In this document: one piece after another, positions 27,130 through 40,085 of the stretch
Layout of the letters: each line of letters opens with the position of its first letter
Position numbering within the stretch: the stretch's first letter is position 1
NCBI RefSeq assembly: GCF_006345805.1
Contig: NW_021829832.1
Span: 62,001-126,000, forward strand
Origin: Octopus sinensis
Lineage: Eukaryota
DNA length: 64,000 bases
Reading direction: 5' to 3'
Notes under the pieces: model-generated
What the model saw: the letters and a program-made list of their open reading frames with translations, nothing else
What the model was told of the DNA's origin: nothing
Database searches by the model: none
Position numbers and translations under genes: made by a program

Positions 27130-28016
27130 GAACAAAAGGCAGTAATGGAAGTTAAAAATGCATTCATACACCTCAAAAGCAATTAGTCCGCTGGTATGAG
27201 GTATACTGGTGGGTTACTAAAACATGCTCCGCTTAATGTTGGAATATAATCACCGAGATATTGAACAAGTTATTGGAACTTCACTGTTCTCTCCTGTTGG
27301 GACATGGAATTTCAATCCCAATACACAAACCTGAAAAAAAAGAAGGATCACTGGGTGGACTAAGGCAGATTATCCTACTGTTAACTATCAGAAAAACCTT
27401 AGCGATTATAAAGCTTAACCGTATACGAAGGTTAGTGGAAAATACCTCTCCCGAAGCCAAAGTATGTTTAGAAGCGGAAGGTTTACCTCAGATTTTGTAC
27501 GGAGTCATAGATGGCGTATTTCAATATGTTTAAAATGGTCAAAAGTATTCCACATTCTAAGAATCGATCTTTACAAAGATATTTGACAGTTTTAACAGAG
27601 AAAAAATCACGAATATACTAAAGGAACTGCTTGATGAGGACTGCCTGAAACTATGCCATGGCTAAGGAAAATTAAAAAAACTATGCAATCTATGTAGTTT
27701 TAGATTAATCAGGTTAAAAGTGACATTTTCAAGATGGAGGCTATTTGGACATATTCTTAGACGACATCCAAATACACCGTGAAACCGAATGATGGAAAAT
27801 TATTTTTACACTGGAGGTAATAGATTCTGAGAAAGAAAGAACCCTACTCCCAACTTGTTAAAAAGTAGACTACGCAAAAATCTGACGAAAATTGCTGACG
27901 GCAGAGGATCTAAACGATGTTCAAATGAGAGGCAAAAACAGGGCAGTGTAGGCAAAAATAGCAGAGAGAATGGCCAAAACGCATGGCTCAAGCAAAACTC
28001 GCTTAACTAACTAAAC
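27130..28016 (+). mobile_element. Second decayed LINE (RTE-like) with a (TAAC) tail
   Basis: EVKNAFIHLKSN, IPIHKPEKK..LRQIILL..IRKTLAII..NRI, KIFDSFNREK. The 3' end carries TAACTAACTAAAC at about 28003-28016. Confidence 0.65.
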
Positions 28017-28383
28017 TCTCATAAATTTTCAAAGTGTTTTCCTATCATCAGAGATTTCCTAATATAAAGTTGTTATAGTCTATTTAGAATTCAATCAGTT
28101 TGTTTCGTGTTATCATCGAGATTGATCATCACAAAAGGCCTTCAAAATGATATCAAATAACAATTATAATACCTTATCCGCTAATCCACTCTGAGTTAGA
28201 ATCTGACAGCTCATTTGCTCTCACAAATGAAATAACAAAACAATTATTTACCACTTATTTTCTGCCATCCTTTAACAGAAAGCATAAAATATCACAAAAT
28301 AACATGGAAACCACCCTAACTCATCAGAACTATTATTTTTAACAGCAAGAAATAATAAATGTATGAAAACCAACATTAAACAG

Positions 28384-29896
28384 TCAGGCGTCTATATCAT
28401 AGACAGCAAGGACAGATCTATCAGGGAAGCCCAGTTCCCCCACAGTGAGATAGTCAGGCCCGTCCGATAATTCGCAGGGAATTCTCCTGAGAGGGTGAAC
28501 GAGTGAAATAGTCATTCTGTAAGGAGCGTCCTCATGCAAATACGCGAATCGGTAAATGTCCTACTCTCTCACACAGCCGACATACACGACAAGAGTCAGT
28601 TCCCATAAACTTCCTATCGATGGTCCGACCAGTGGGGAAGCGGATTCTTAGTTTGAACACACCACTCCCCGACTCGGAGGTCTCGGATGCCAACTCTTGT
28701 CTATACTCTTCCTTCAGATTATTCCAATCCTGACAATTACGCCACAAAGAGACCTGTTCGTTCACCTCCAAAGGCTCTTCCTGCATTTCGAGAGGTTCGT
28801 CGATGATCTGCTGCTGAAAATTAAAGAAAGCAGTCAAACGTCGTTAATAAGGGCTGTTTGATATTCCTGCTGTTGTTGGGCCATGATATGTCTCGACTCC
28901 ATCCTTAAACATGTCACCCACTCGAATACAGGAGAGCTTCGACTAGTGCCTTGTTCGCTAATTTGCCATCCACACTTGTCAGGTTTTGGATCAAACCCCG
29001 CGCGTCTAATATAGAAAGACCAGCAGTACTCCTTATGTTGCCGATTTGGTAGACCACCGTGTTATTATTTGAGAAAGTGATGACAAAAACAGCAGGGAAT
29101 GAATTTGTGGCAATCCGGGACTGCACTGCAAATACATTTACGACACAAACAGTCGAGTGGGAGATTGTCTGACTCGGAGACTGCCCAGAGAATCATGGGA
29201 AATGAATTGACGGCGTTGATTACCCTCCAATCAAACAACACGTCACTGCACTCAAATACAAGTCGAACCGCTGGAAATGTAAGCACTGGGCGTTCTGACG
29301 GTAGAGATAGAGCAGTGCAGGTCTTTTCATCTCAAAACTGAATCTGCGGGCCTGCGCTCTCAAATGCTGCATGACTTACCGTCTGATAATCGCGGGTAAA
29401 GTATTCAAAGAGCTCGTAGTCCGGGGCCTCGGAAATGTCGCTGATGACTGGAGTCACAAAAAATGACTCTGCAACTAAGATGGAGCAAATACTCAGAAAT
29501 TCAAAGACTGTCTGAAGGATGCTGATAAATGGGCGGAACAGCCAATTATTCCAAATGAGAGAGAACAGACTATCCACAAATAAACACAAAATATCAACGA
29601 ATTGGCGGGGACGGGGTCGTCTTGCTCGTTTAACTCGTCTGCTTCGTCTTGTTCCTGGTTAGCGACTATTTCTTCCACAGAAAGAGGCCTGACTACAGGA
29701 TCCCCCTGGATGTAGGAACTAGCAGCCTATAAAGAATCACGGTGTGGGGTAACTTGGGGATTCCATTCAGACACTTCTAGGAGATTGATGCACATTTCGA
29801 TGTCTGTGAGCTTTGACTGATTCTATAAATGTTGGAATATGTATAGACCATGAAGTGTGAGAGAATACTCCGTTCTTCCTCCGTGAGGGCGTCCAT
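28384..29896 (-). CDS. FAF2: FAS-associated factor 2 / UBXD8
   Basis: N-terminal UBA-like segment, hydrophobic hairpin IWNNWLFRPFISILQTVFEFL, UAS-like region, UBX domain LRIRFPTGRTIDRKF, and C-terminus HPLRRIPC...TVGELGFPDRSVLAVYDIDA*. Confidence 0.8.
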
Positions 29897-31267
29897 TGCT
29901 GTTAAACATTAATATAATAACACCCAACATCAAAATATTTTTAAAACGAATTCCGATTGTAATAATTCACGGTATAAAGTTTATATACAGAATTAAATAA
30001 TTTAGTGTAAACGTATTACATACAACTTACATATATTGTCCAATAATGAGTCGTGTATTTAATCCCGATCAAAAAGCCGTTAAATCAGTGCTGTGTCCTT
30101 TAAAGCAAAAACTCTGATGTTTTTGTGCCGCAATCACGCTTGTTTTGAACTCAGTGACTGAATTTTCCAAGTTGATAATAAATTGTGTGTCTATTTGTTG
30201 TACTGAATATATTTTGCTCAAATCGAATTAGCAGAAAGACTGAGTAATCATGGATGAAGATGATGGCGGAGTCAATTTTTAGTGGATGATTGGGTCTCAA
30301 TTGACAGAATTCCAATAAGAATTCTCCCTTTATGTAAAACTACTTATTTTTAATAAATACTGCCCCTTTTTTGTTTAATACGAATTATTTATTATCTCAT
30401 ATCAAGTTTTTTTAGTTTCAACCGCGTAATATTTTTTAAATATTTCATACAACTTTAATTTGTTCAGACTATAAAACTTGAAAAGAGTTTTACAGTCTAT
30501 ATAAAATGCTGATTTGTTGTTTTTATGTGTGTTCCATAAATGCAATCTTACTTGTATATTGTTGTTACTTCAATGAATACACAATAACCGAAAAATAGAA
30601 TAAGAACTATAACTGTCAAATAAGTAAATAAAAAAGGTAGAAGTTCAGGAATTTTAATTTGCAATTCTGATAACAATTATGATAAGACTCAATGAATGAT
30701 TTCCCATAGCATTCTTAACAATATTTCACTTAAACCGGCAAAGTAAAAAAGCATCTGAATTTTTATTAAAGATTTGATTTAATTCCTGATTAAGATAAAA
30801 TCGATACTAGGAGGTCCCTGAAATTTTTTAAAGCACTTTGGGGGTTCCCGTTAAAAAAAGATGGAGAAACGGTGTTGTAGGCCGACAGACATATCTCGAT
30901 ATTTATTTCATTCTCAAATAAATCAAAGAGCTCATAAATTATAAAAACATTTTAAATGTAAACTGAAATAAATAATTAATCCTACAAATTCCTGACAATC
31001 AACATTTGACTTGATTAAAAATCGAATATCATGTCATCTTTACATTTATGATTAATCAATACTAAAAATAATGCCACATGTGTTGATTTAAAATTTAAAA
31101 CGAAGAATATTAATTAGTGCGGTCTCGGAGTTAAACCAAATAGTTAATGAGTCGTGCGGTTTGGTCGATTAACAAAACCTATAATGCACTTTAGTATCGT
31201 GCTATCAAAACAATTCGATAAAAGATAAATCAACGTTAATTCGATCATTCTCACTCAGCTTAACAGC

Positions 31268-34200
31268 ATGCTGCTAATTATGTGGATAGTTGCCTCTTCA
31301 GTTTCAACCGCGAGACTGGTCTCCTTGGCAAATTACGTCATTAAAAAAGGGCCCGAAAAAAGTGATTTTGGTCATAGCATAGTCGTTCCAAGAGACAGTA
31401 TTAATAAAAAGTTAGGCTACAATCTCAAATCACAGAGTGTATGTGGGATCCCCCAACCAGGCTGGAGTGTTCTACACGTGCAACTTATCGAAGTCTGAAA
31501 CTTGCGAGAGAATCGAATTGGCAATTAAAAGTAATTTATAATCATCCATGAACTCAGCCTCTTACCCTGAGTATGAAATTATCATGTCAAGCAGTCACTT
31601 TGGAGCCACACTCGACTATTTCAATAAAACACTGCTGGTATGGCCCAGTTCATTCTATTCAGGTCTGTGCTCCGAATTTGAAGGTAAAAATTTGGCAATC
31701 TTACGGAATGCCCGGAGGCTGCATTTTATACCCAAATATACTAAACATGTCCGATGTCAAATACTCTATTCCTTGCTTCGACGATAAATACCCGACTAGT
31801 TTTAATGCGCTGTACAGTTCCTGTGTTTCTGGGTTCAGTGCAAAACTTACGAATGTACTACTTGTAATTACATTCCACAAGTCAGGGGAAGTATTGTTTG
31901 GAAGTCCAAACTTCGCGTTAGGTCTCGGGGGAATTATTGCAAAATCGAATTTAGTGTATACTGGGAAGAAAGACAAATATTTCGGTTATTATATTATTTG
32001 AAAATTCTAGGGTTCTCTGTAGCATATTGGAAGAATATGAATGGATACGATTATATTTACACTTCTGCTCTTAAAGGGTCTTCGAAATTTGGAGGGGCGG
32101 TTTACTTAATTGAACTTAACGGAACATATTTTCACATTAAATGGAAATACGAGGACTCCCACTTTGGTTCCTTATTTGGACATTTAGCAAAAATCGGTGA
32201 TACAAATAATGATGGGTAATTTGCTATATGTTGAACTGCTTTTAAGGTTTTCTGAGCTGTTTGTATCCGCGCCATTTTACTATGCCACTAAAACAGATGG
32301 AAAGAAATATTCAGGTGCAATATTCCACTATTCCGAAAATAACAAAGTTTATTGACGACATATATCTGCAGGACATAAATAACGCAACTGTCCCGACTCT
32401 CATTTTGCATTCGCACAATTTATCAGATGTGGTGCATTCCAACTTTGGTTACTCCTTTGAGCTTGTCGACATTAATAACGACAGTTTCGAAGGTTGGGTA
32501 TTTAAGAGTGTTTCAGATCTTATTGTGGGGGAACCAAACCATGGGAATGGGCGAGTCTATATTTACTTGGGAAACAAAAATGGACTTTCGAGCATTCCCG
32601 ATCAGGTCCTCTTAATGCAGGGATGTAATTCATAGATTATAAAGGCTGAAGAACTAAACTATTCCTTAAAACAATTTGGTTTTTCGATTAAAAAAGCGGG
32701 AGATCTTGACAAGAACGGATATCAGGATATTGTAGTTGGAGCAAAAACATCAAATATGGTTTGCACCATTAATTCCTAATTATTAGATCGCCATGCTTTT
32801 TTCAGTTTCTAACGTATATTTAACTTATTCCACAATCTTTTCTCCTTTATTTGTGTCTGGAACACCTCGTAACTCATGTGTTGTCAGGGGAATTAGTGGA
32901 ATCTGCATCAATAGTCAGATTACTGTCACGAGCAGTGTAATCATAAGGTTAAAAGTTATCTGCTATTCCAGGAAGGAAATTGACATTAAATACAAATTGA
33001 AAATTTCCAGCAACATAAACAATCCACTAACTTTATTTTACGAAACTGGAACTTTCGAGATTGAAAAGAAAATAAAATTCAAACCAAATTCTAAACGATT
33101 AGTAGTTTCGAATTTGATTTTTGTCACGGTACAGTTATACTTCTGAATTATAAAAGACTTACTTTTATCAGTGGGATAAATCAATTATTCTCGACGTCTG
33201 GTTTTATTCGCCATCTCAAGATTCTTCATATTTCGATGATGGTTTAAAACCTGTCAAAACTCAAATTATTGTCCCAGAAATATTCACTAAAAAATATTTT
33301 GTAATGAATTGATCATATTTCTCAGATACCCTTCAACAATCGTACTCAGTCGGGCACACCAAAAATCTTCATTACGAGCGATTTGCCGGATCTGTTGTTT
33401 TTTAATCATAATTTAAGGAAATTAATTAATGAATCTTCAATTTTCCCAGTGGCAAATACATTCAGGATAAGTTATACTATTGAAAACAGTGGAAATCTAG
33501 TTGAAAATGCAGTGTTCCATGTGGATAGCACATATCCTCTTACAATCTACCACAAAAATGACAAAGTTCGTTTCGAATATTTTTACTGATTAGATCAAAT
33601 GTGATAACAATATTCATGGTTTGATATTCAACTGCACTTTTAATGGAAATTCGATTGGATTTAACGAGATGATTTATTTTGAACTTTTTTTCAAATTTTC
33701 AGGGACAATAAAATCATTTTTTCTTCCTGCTTTGAAGTCATATATCACATCGTTTAATGTCTTTTGTCATTTAGATTTAGTTCTCATGAAGAAAACATTT
33801 CCAACGACGATTGGGCGGCCAACAACTCTACAGTGCTCCAGACATTTCACAGTATCACCGGGTTATTCATAGGCTTATTTATTTTTCAGAATTTCGACTT
33901 TTTCGTCAATAAAATTAAAATCCAACGAGGTACTGACCGAGATTATTCACCAATATAATGTTTTAAATGACAATTAATCGAGACAGGTTACTAAAGAAGG
34001 GGACTTGAATCATCCAATTCAGTTGACTATATGGTGGCCGTTATTTATTGAGGACGGACTTTTACTATACCTCACGCACCTTCCACAAGTTTGGACATGT
34101 CCATATAACAAAGGTTGTGGGTGGAAACTGCTCAGTTGATGAAAAGTATACAAATCCTGTTGGGTTTCAGGTATTGTGTGTGATGACTATACATGCTAGG

Positions 34201-34747
34201 AAAACAAAGACTATAATTACCGGGATAAGAATATAAATAAAACAGTAGATAACAGTATTTAGCTTATACAGGACTGTGGATATGTCAAACTGGGCGACAA
34301 TATTCCCATAAACTGTACTCTCAGGCCGGAAGAGTCGTCCAAAAAGTCAACAATCACGATTACGTCAAAGTTCATATTATCTGATGAGGTCGGTAAGCAT
34401 TGAGATTATTTTAGTCAATAAAATCCAAGTTTGATTCTTTGGAAGCCATCAAGTCAATTGGATGTTTGTCTCAAGAAAAAAATGTTTTGAACTTTGGGCA
34501 GACTAGGGAAACGGTATAGTTTTAAACATTACTATAGGTAACCACACTGGTTAAGCCGCGAACAAATACTTCCAAAACTGAAATGTGGCCGTTGTATATT
34601 GCCATTGCAGTTGGATTCACTATATTCTTGCTGATGGTTATTATTTCCAAGGTTGTTGTCCTACAAATTTCATTCATTAGAAGACCAAGTTTGGAGTGGT
34701 CAAAATATTCTAATTACAGAATAAGAAAACTTTTGTACTTTAAATGA
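31268..34747 (+). CDS. Integrin alpha subunit (no I-domain)
   Basis: Signal peptide, FG-GAP repeats (SDFGHSIV, SKFGGAVY, FGSLFGHL.KIGDTNNDG, NFGYSFELVDINNDSF..DLIVGEP, FGFSIKKAGDLDKNGYQDIVVGA) and a C-terminal TM WPLYIAIAVGFTIFLLMVIISK. The last exon is ambiguous (stop at 34713 or 34747). Confidence 0.88.
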
Positions 34748-35118
34748 GTTTATAAAATAAAGTGTAATGTGTTTAACAGAGTTTGAAACATAAATGAAAA
34801 AAGCTTTCATTAACTTGGTAAAGGATCTTATTAAGGGAGTTTCAGATAAAGACCACAAAAATTTTTAGAATAAATAAGAGCACATGTTATTTGTTCAAAT
34901 TATTACTGACCGTTCAACAGAGAGTAGTTGGAAATTAAAACGTAAATAAGATTTAAATATGTTGGAGTATTAAATGTTTGAGACTTTCCGTTTAAGTTTT
35001 TAGTCCGACTTCTGTACACGAACTTGGGATTTTCAAACAGATGAGAAAATTGATGACTTTATGAGAAAGGTCAGTAAGAAATTATTTGGAAAAAATCAAA
35101 ATTAAAAGACCAAACAAA

Positions 35119-35682
35119 TTATTTCTTCCTTATGACACCGACAGTGCGACCCTTCCTGCCAGTTGTCCTGGTTTGCTGACCACGCATTCGGAGTCTAGAG
35201 AGTGAGGAGAGCAGAGGGACCCAAAACGGTGACGGAAGGATCGATGACAGCCCGACCTCCTCATAACCTCACAATCCTCCCGGAATTTGATTTCCAGCTT
35301 ATCGGCCAACGCCTGGCTTGTGGTGCCGTCCTTGGGGTCTTTCCTCCGATTGCACATCCATTCGGGGAGGCCATACTTCACGGGGTCACTCAGAATGTCG
35401 GCTATGTTCTTGAGCTACGGAATCAGCCAGTTCGGGGACCTCGTCGGGATTCATTTCCCCTGCACGCTTAGTCATGTCCACTTTGGCCAGTCTACAGACT
35501 GCGTAGGCAATTCTACGTCCGACTCCCTGGGAGTGAGTGGTTGGGGTACTTTTATTCCGATTAGGGCGTGGACGATCTTCCTCTTTCCTTGGATGTTTGA
35601 GTTGCACAAACGAATTATGTGCTGGAAGTCTTCTGTGATTACTAGGGACTATAATTATATATTAACATCAACAAGCAACCAT
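35119..35682 (-). CDS. RPS18: 40S ribosomal protein S18 (uS13)
   Basis: Spliced: [41 protein letters not shown]...DMTKRAGE...GLRMRGQQTRTTGRKGRTVGVIRKK*. Confidence 0.97.
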
Positions 35683-35743
35683 AACAGAACACGTGAATAA
35701 TAATAGATTTTAATTAGAATTTAAACCCAGTATAAAAATAAAT

Positions 35744-35751
35744 GAGAAAGA
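35744..35751 (-). promoter_or_regulatory. Candidate TCT / 5'TOP initiator of RPS18
   Basis: TCTTTCTC on the minus strand fits the YCTYTYY ribosomal-protein initiator, about 60 nt upstream of the RPS18 ATG. Confidence 0.45.
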
Positions 35752-35760
35752 CATGTATCA

Positions 35761-37171
35761 TTAATTATTATTTTTAGATCGTTTAGGGAGGGAGGAATTT
35801 TGAGTAGTCAACCCCCAAATATTGCTCATTTTACGCCACTGATTGTCCAACTTTTGTTTTTCGTTCTTCTTGGCTGCTTTGAAGTCCTTGTTACTTCTAT
35901 ATTTGCCACCCGACTCATTGTGTGTCCCCTTCCTGGGTCGCCCCTCCTCGTCACTACTCACCAGGACATCCACAGTCTCGTAATATCTGCAATACGGAAA
36001 GGAACGTACGCAGGGTAGCACTCGGCGTAGTTACTCTGCTCAGAATGTGCAGTGACCGGTCGGGGGTCCTTCAGGTGTTTGAACAGATTAACGGGGGCCT
36101 CCTTCATTTCCTCAGGCCGGTCGAAATATGACCTCGACTTCTTGGCCACGACTACTCCCCGGGCAGTGCTGTCGTACTCCCCGCAGTCGTCGAATATACA
36201 CTCACCTGACTTGGTCTCCACCACAGGAGGACACTCCTTCTGGGGCGACTCCACTTTCCCCGTGTTTCTGGGCCGACGAGTTCCTTCCCGCAGTTCCTTG
36301 AGAATTTGGACGAGTTTAGTGATGACAATCTGGCTGGAATTAGTCCTCTACTGGTGACACAGACATGCCACCTCCCTGGAGGACCCCACCCTACTCCTGG
36401 TGAGGGTGACGGGGATGTCCGGACACCCCACCTCCATGTCGAAGTAGTAGGAGACGAGTGAGGGGACAATCACGTCCACTTTGGGAGGGGGACACTTCCC
36501 GAGGGCCATCTGGGTGAGTGAGAGGACTAGGCATGTGGGAGGGCACAAGGACATCTCCTCTTCCTCAGCACTAAACAGTCAGAATGTCGGCCACCTCGGG
36601 GACTCGTCTTTGTGGAATATTTCCGACCGGACTTTCTCCAAAAAGGCATAATCGAGTCCTTTCACGAGATGTGTGTGCTCCATGTCCCCACCCAGCAACT
36701 TGGAGTCCTCAATCAACTGCCTTCGTCCCCCCTCTCTATCAACTCACCACAATCTGTCTACTCGGCCATATTCTGTGGTTGCCCCTCTCTTCTTTCCTTG
36801 GCCTGCAAGTCAGTCTCAGCCCATATCTACTCGGTCTCGGTAGTTGTCCGGAATTTTGAACTCCTCTTCCTCCACTTCCTGTCTGACAGATCTCGGGACG
36901 TACCTTTTAGGTGACTGTGCTTTTATTTACTTTTTCCTTTTAAAATAATTGCTTTTGGGTTTCTTGGTTGGGCTAGATTACTAATATAATATTTACAAAC
37001 GCAGGGGTTTTCTTTGTGGGGACAGTCGACCCAGGTCTCGGAGTCATTGCAATTTGGCGGAAGTCAGCGTTGGATAGGCTTGGTCTATTGTGGTTGTGAG
37101 GGGATTACTAGCCTTGTGTCATTGGTTATTCCTGGAGGGGCAATTGGGTTGGAATAACAGTCATCACTCAT
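35761..37171 (-). CDS. IK: Protein Red / IK spliceosomal factor
   Basis: YSNPIAPPG..LSNADFRQIAMTPR, YRDRAKERREG, SKLLGGDMEHTHLVKGLDYAFL, YAECYP, KLDNQWRKMSNI. Confidence 0.95.
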
Positions 37172-37399
37172 TTTGACCGTCAATGTAACTACAACTTGCA
37201 AAACTAAATTAATATATTATTTAGTTTTCGAAAATAATTATTAAAAAAGTACAAAGTGAGGTCTTGACAAATCAAGAAGAGGTACGACTCTCATCATTTT
37301 TTATATTGTAATTTACTATATTATTATTAACCCCCAAGCTTGCTTAGCATAGCAAAACCCGGCACAAACAGTCATAGCTAACTAATCGAATGATGAAGC

Positions 37400-37870
37400 C
37401 AAGGAAGAAGGAACTGTCCGTGCTGATCAACATTAGCCTCCAAATCTTCAATACAGCTTTCCGGATTCAAAGAGAGGTGGTAAATATCTGGTTCGCCCAG
37501 TTTTCCCATTTGTCACCCTCCTATCGTCGCTCACTGCACGTCATTTGTTTCCGGAAGGGTTTCACATATTGAAGATTTTTCATTGGTAAGTGATCAAGGG
37601 AGGTTATATTAATGCCTGGGTCGCATATTCCCTGCACGTCAACTTTTTGGTTGATCAAGGTTTTGTCTGTTTGATGAAAAGTAAATTAGGATAGAGACTA
37701 AACAAACCATTCTGCACATATCCTTTATTTGCAAAATTCGTGTGATTAACGAATTCTAAGTGCATCATGTTCTGAAAGCTTCCGGACACGGATGTTTTTT
37801 GAAAATACAAAACCTAAAAGTGTCTGATTAAAACTAAGAGTCAAAGCCCGAAACAATCAGAACTATAATT
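37400..37870 (-). CDS. Putative small uncharacterised protein with a hydrophobic N-terminus
   Basis: Can be spliced with GT-AG micro-introns into MLILQKIIVLI/TLLGFVFSKNIRVRKLSEHDALRI/RYVQN/DKTLINQKVDVQG... No homologue recognised. Confidence 0.3.
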
Positions 37871-37914
37871 TTCTGCAGGATAAGCATCAATACTCAAAAC
37901 TAGAAAAGTACAAA

Positions 37915-39229
37915 TCAAAATTTAGATCGGCAATAAATGACAATCTGATTGAGCACATCTCGATTGGTGGTACACGAAGAATGGAGAGCAAAAGTGACGA
38001 CACAATTATCACAAACACGACGAACAGAACACACAAACCTAATGAGAGGAGGACCATCCTGACACACTCTCTTGGAAGTCTGAACTACATCCAGCCTGTC
38101 CGACCGTCTGCGATGAAGCCAGGTGGCCTCACGTGCCTCGAGGGTGAGCACAACCATCGAGTTATCCTCCACACACTCCTCGCTCACTTCCACCTCAACT
38201 CCAAACAACCAACCAACCATCTTTAGTTCTCGAAAACACAATCGGAGTTGTTCCACTAATTGGACAACCGACTTGCCAGATATGCTGGTTGTGAATGGTT
38301 TGGGACACTTCCTGGGCTTCCCACCCGTCTCCAAATTGGTCTCCCCAAACGTCCAGGCGACTCCCCACCTCATCACATTCCCCTGACAGAAGGTGGTGGT
38401 GGCATGGCGTATCTACAGTACTGCCCGCTGGACTCACACCGCCCTCCCTCGGAGAAGAGTGCAGAGTCGGTCGAGGTCGCACTTCCGTCCAACCATGGAA
38501 GTGTACACCCTCAATGTCAGTGTGGTGGGCAAACGAGATCTTGCAGCCCAATTGGAGGCTGGACTCGACAATGCGGGACACAAAGGCCAGTTCTCCCCCA
38601 CTCGTGTTCCTCTCAGTCTTCCACCCCCTCAGTCCATTGAATGACGCCTCGTCGGCCACGTCGAAGAAGGGGGGATTGCACATGCAAAAGTCGATGGGCG
38701 GACTGTCCCGCACTACCTGCAGTGGGTCGTCAGAGGGGTCCACCAAGTGTACTGGCAATCACACACAGCCCTAACCTTGGATGGACTGTTCGAGAGAGTT
38801 CTGTCTGACATTCCTGCAGGCACTCTCGTAGTTCACTTTGTCAGTCTCAGTGGCAATAAACTGCCAGGCATTACAGCGAGCCCCGAGGAGAGGGTAAATG
38901 CAACTGCCGCCCGTCCCAATGTCGAGACCGAGCAGGTGCCTTCTCGATTCGAACAGGTCCTCGATCCAAAGAATGTAATTCACTCGCAGAGGCAGTCGGG
39001 GGATTAGTCTGTTCTGAAACAAGTCGACCTTCAGTCCGAAATCTCGCAAAAGAAGGGCGGAGGTGACTGCTCGTAGTGAATCCGGTTCGTGGAAATTTTT
39101 GATCCATTCTGACTTGTGTGTGTAGATGTGTGAGGCAAATTGGGGGAATTGTTGAGCCAAGTTTACGAAATCAATTTTGCTGTTTTTGTATATGTTACGC
39201 TCGTGCATTAAATGCCCAAACTTTGACAT
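37915..39229 (-). CDS. METTL16: U6 snRNA m6A methyltransferase
   Basis: MHERNIYK, RLIPRLPLRVNYILWIEDL, GLDIGTGGSCIYPLLG, DFCMCNPPFF, GGELAFV, RWGVAWTF, and a C-terminal VCR/KA1-like segment WLHRRR...LNQIVIYCRSKF. Confidence 0.96.
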
Positions 39230-39277
39230 TGCCGAGCCGACACAAGAAAAAGTGAAATTAGTTATTAAATGTTAGCA

Positions 39278-39618
39278 TTAAAATAAACTAAATTCTTTAT
39301 TGGTTCTTGACATTGATTTTACAAATCTGAAATAATAATTAAATAGCACTTGGTCATTTCGCTGTCCTTGTGTACTGCTCGTCTAATCCGGGTCCAGGGA
39401 TAGACTTCCGATAGTGGCTGGTCCCGGTAGAAATCGCCATACTCCTGAGCCTCAGTGATTGGAGTGCTGTTGGTCTGGAACGGGTCCTTAGTCCTTCGTC
39501 TGCTCCTGTATTTATCGTCGTTTAGTTTAGCCACTGAGTTTTCTAACTGACTTGGTGTGATTGCGTAGTGTTCGAATACGTTTTGGAGTCCCAACTGAGT
39601 CAAACCAAAAAAGGCCAT
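39278..39618 (-). CDS. TEX49: TEX49/SPMIP11-like axonemal microtubule inner protein
   Basis: MAFFGLTQLGLQNVF...PITEAQEYG...YPWTRIRR...SEMTK/FVKSMSRTNKEFSLF*. This matches the recalled MAFFxLxxLGxQNxF...PLTDAQ...PW...SAMTRF...FSLY* pattern. Confidence 0.75.
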
Positions 39619-39625
39619 TCTACCA

Positions 39626-39640
39626 GTCTCCAATAACAAC
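39626..39640 (-). promoter_or_regulatory. X-box-like motif upstream of TEX49
   Basis: GTCTCC-AAT-AACAAC on the plus strand (3-nt spacer variant), 7 nt before the ATG. Confidence 0.5.
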
Positions 39641-40085
39641 AGTGCTCCTATTTTAATTACCCATCACAAATGGAATCAACAGTGCTCTGTCGTGAAGAAT
39701 TTGGACAACTTATGAAAATATTCTTAATTGTGATGAAACATCCTCGTTTGTTGAAATTTCCTTCAAAATTCAATTTAAAATTATAGAAACATATCAGTAC
39801 AAAATTCTCCTTGGCTAAGACACTTGTTATTGAAGAATGTTTATGAAAGTTTGCTTAATTATATTTTACATTGAAAATTTAGATATGCGACAGATTATTA
39901 TGAGTTTAGATTCTAACTTATTATGAGTTTAGTTGCACTCATCGAAAAGTATTTATTTAAAAAAAACTTTTAATGTTGTATTTGTTGGCAATCTTCATTA
40001 ATTGTAATAATTTTCTTAGTAATCTCATGTTTTATTCTTCATCATTTTATTAAAAAAATTTCAAAAAAATATTTGACACAAAAAT

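Noticed and set aside
30810-30874. hAT/Charlie-like MITE end (GGGGTTCC...GGAGAAACGGTG)
   Set aside because: No matching opposite terminus or target-site duplication was found.
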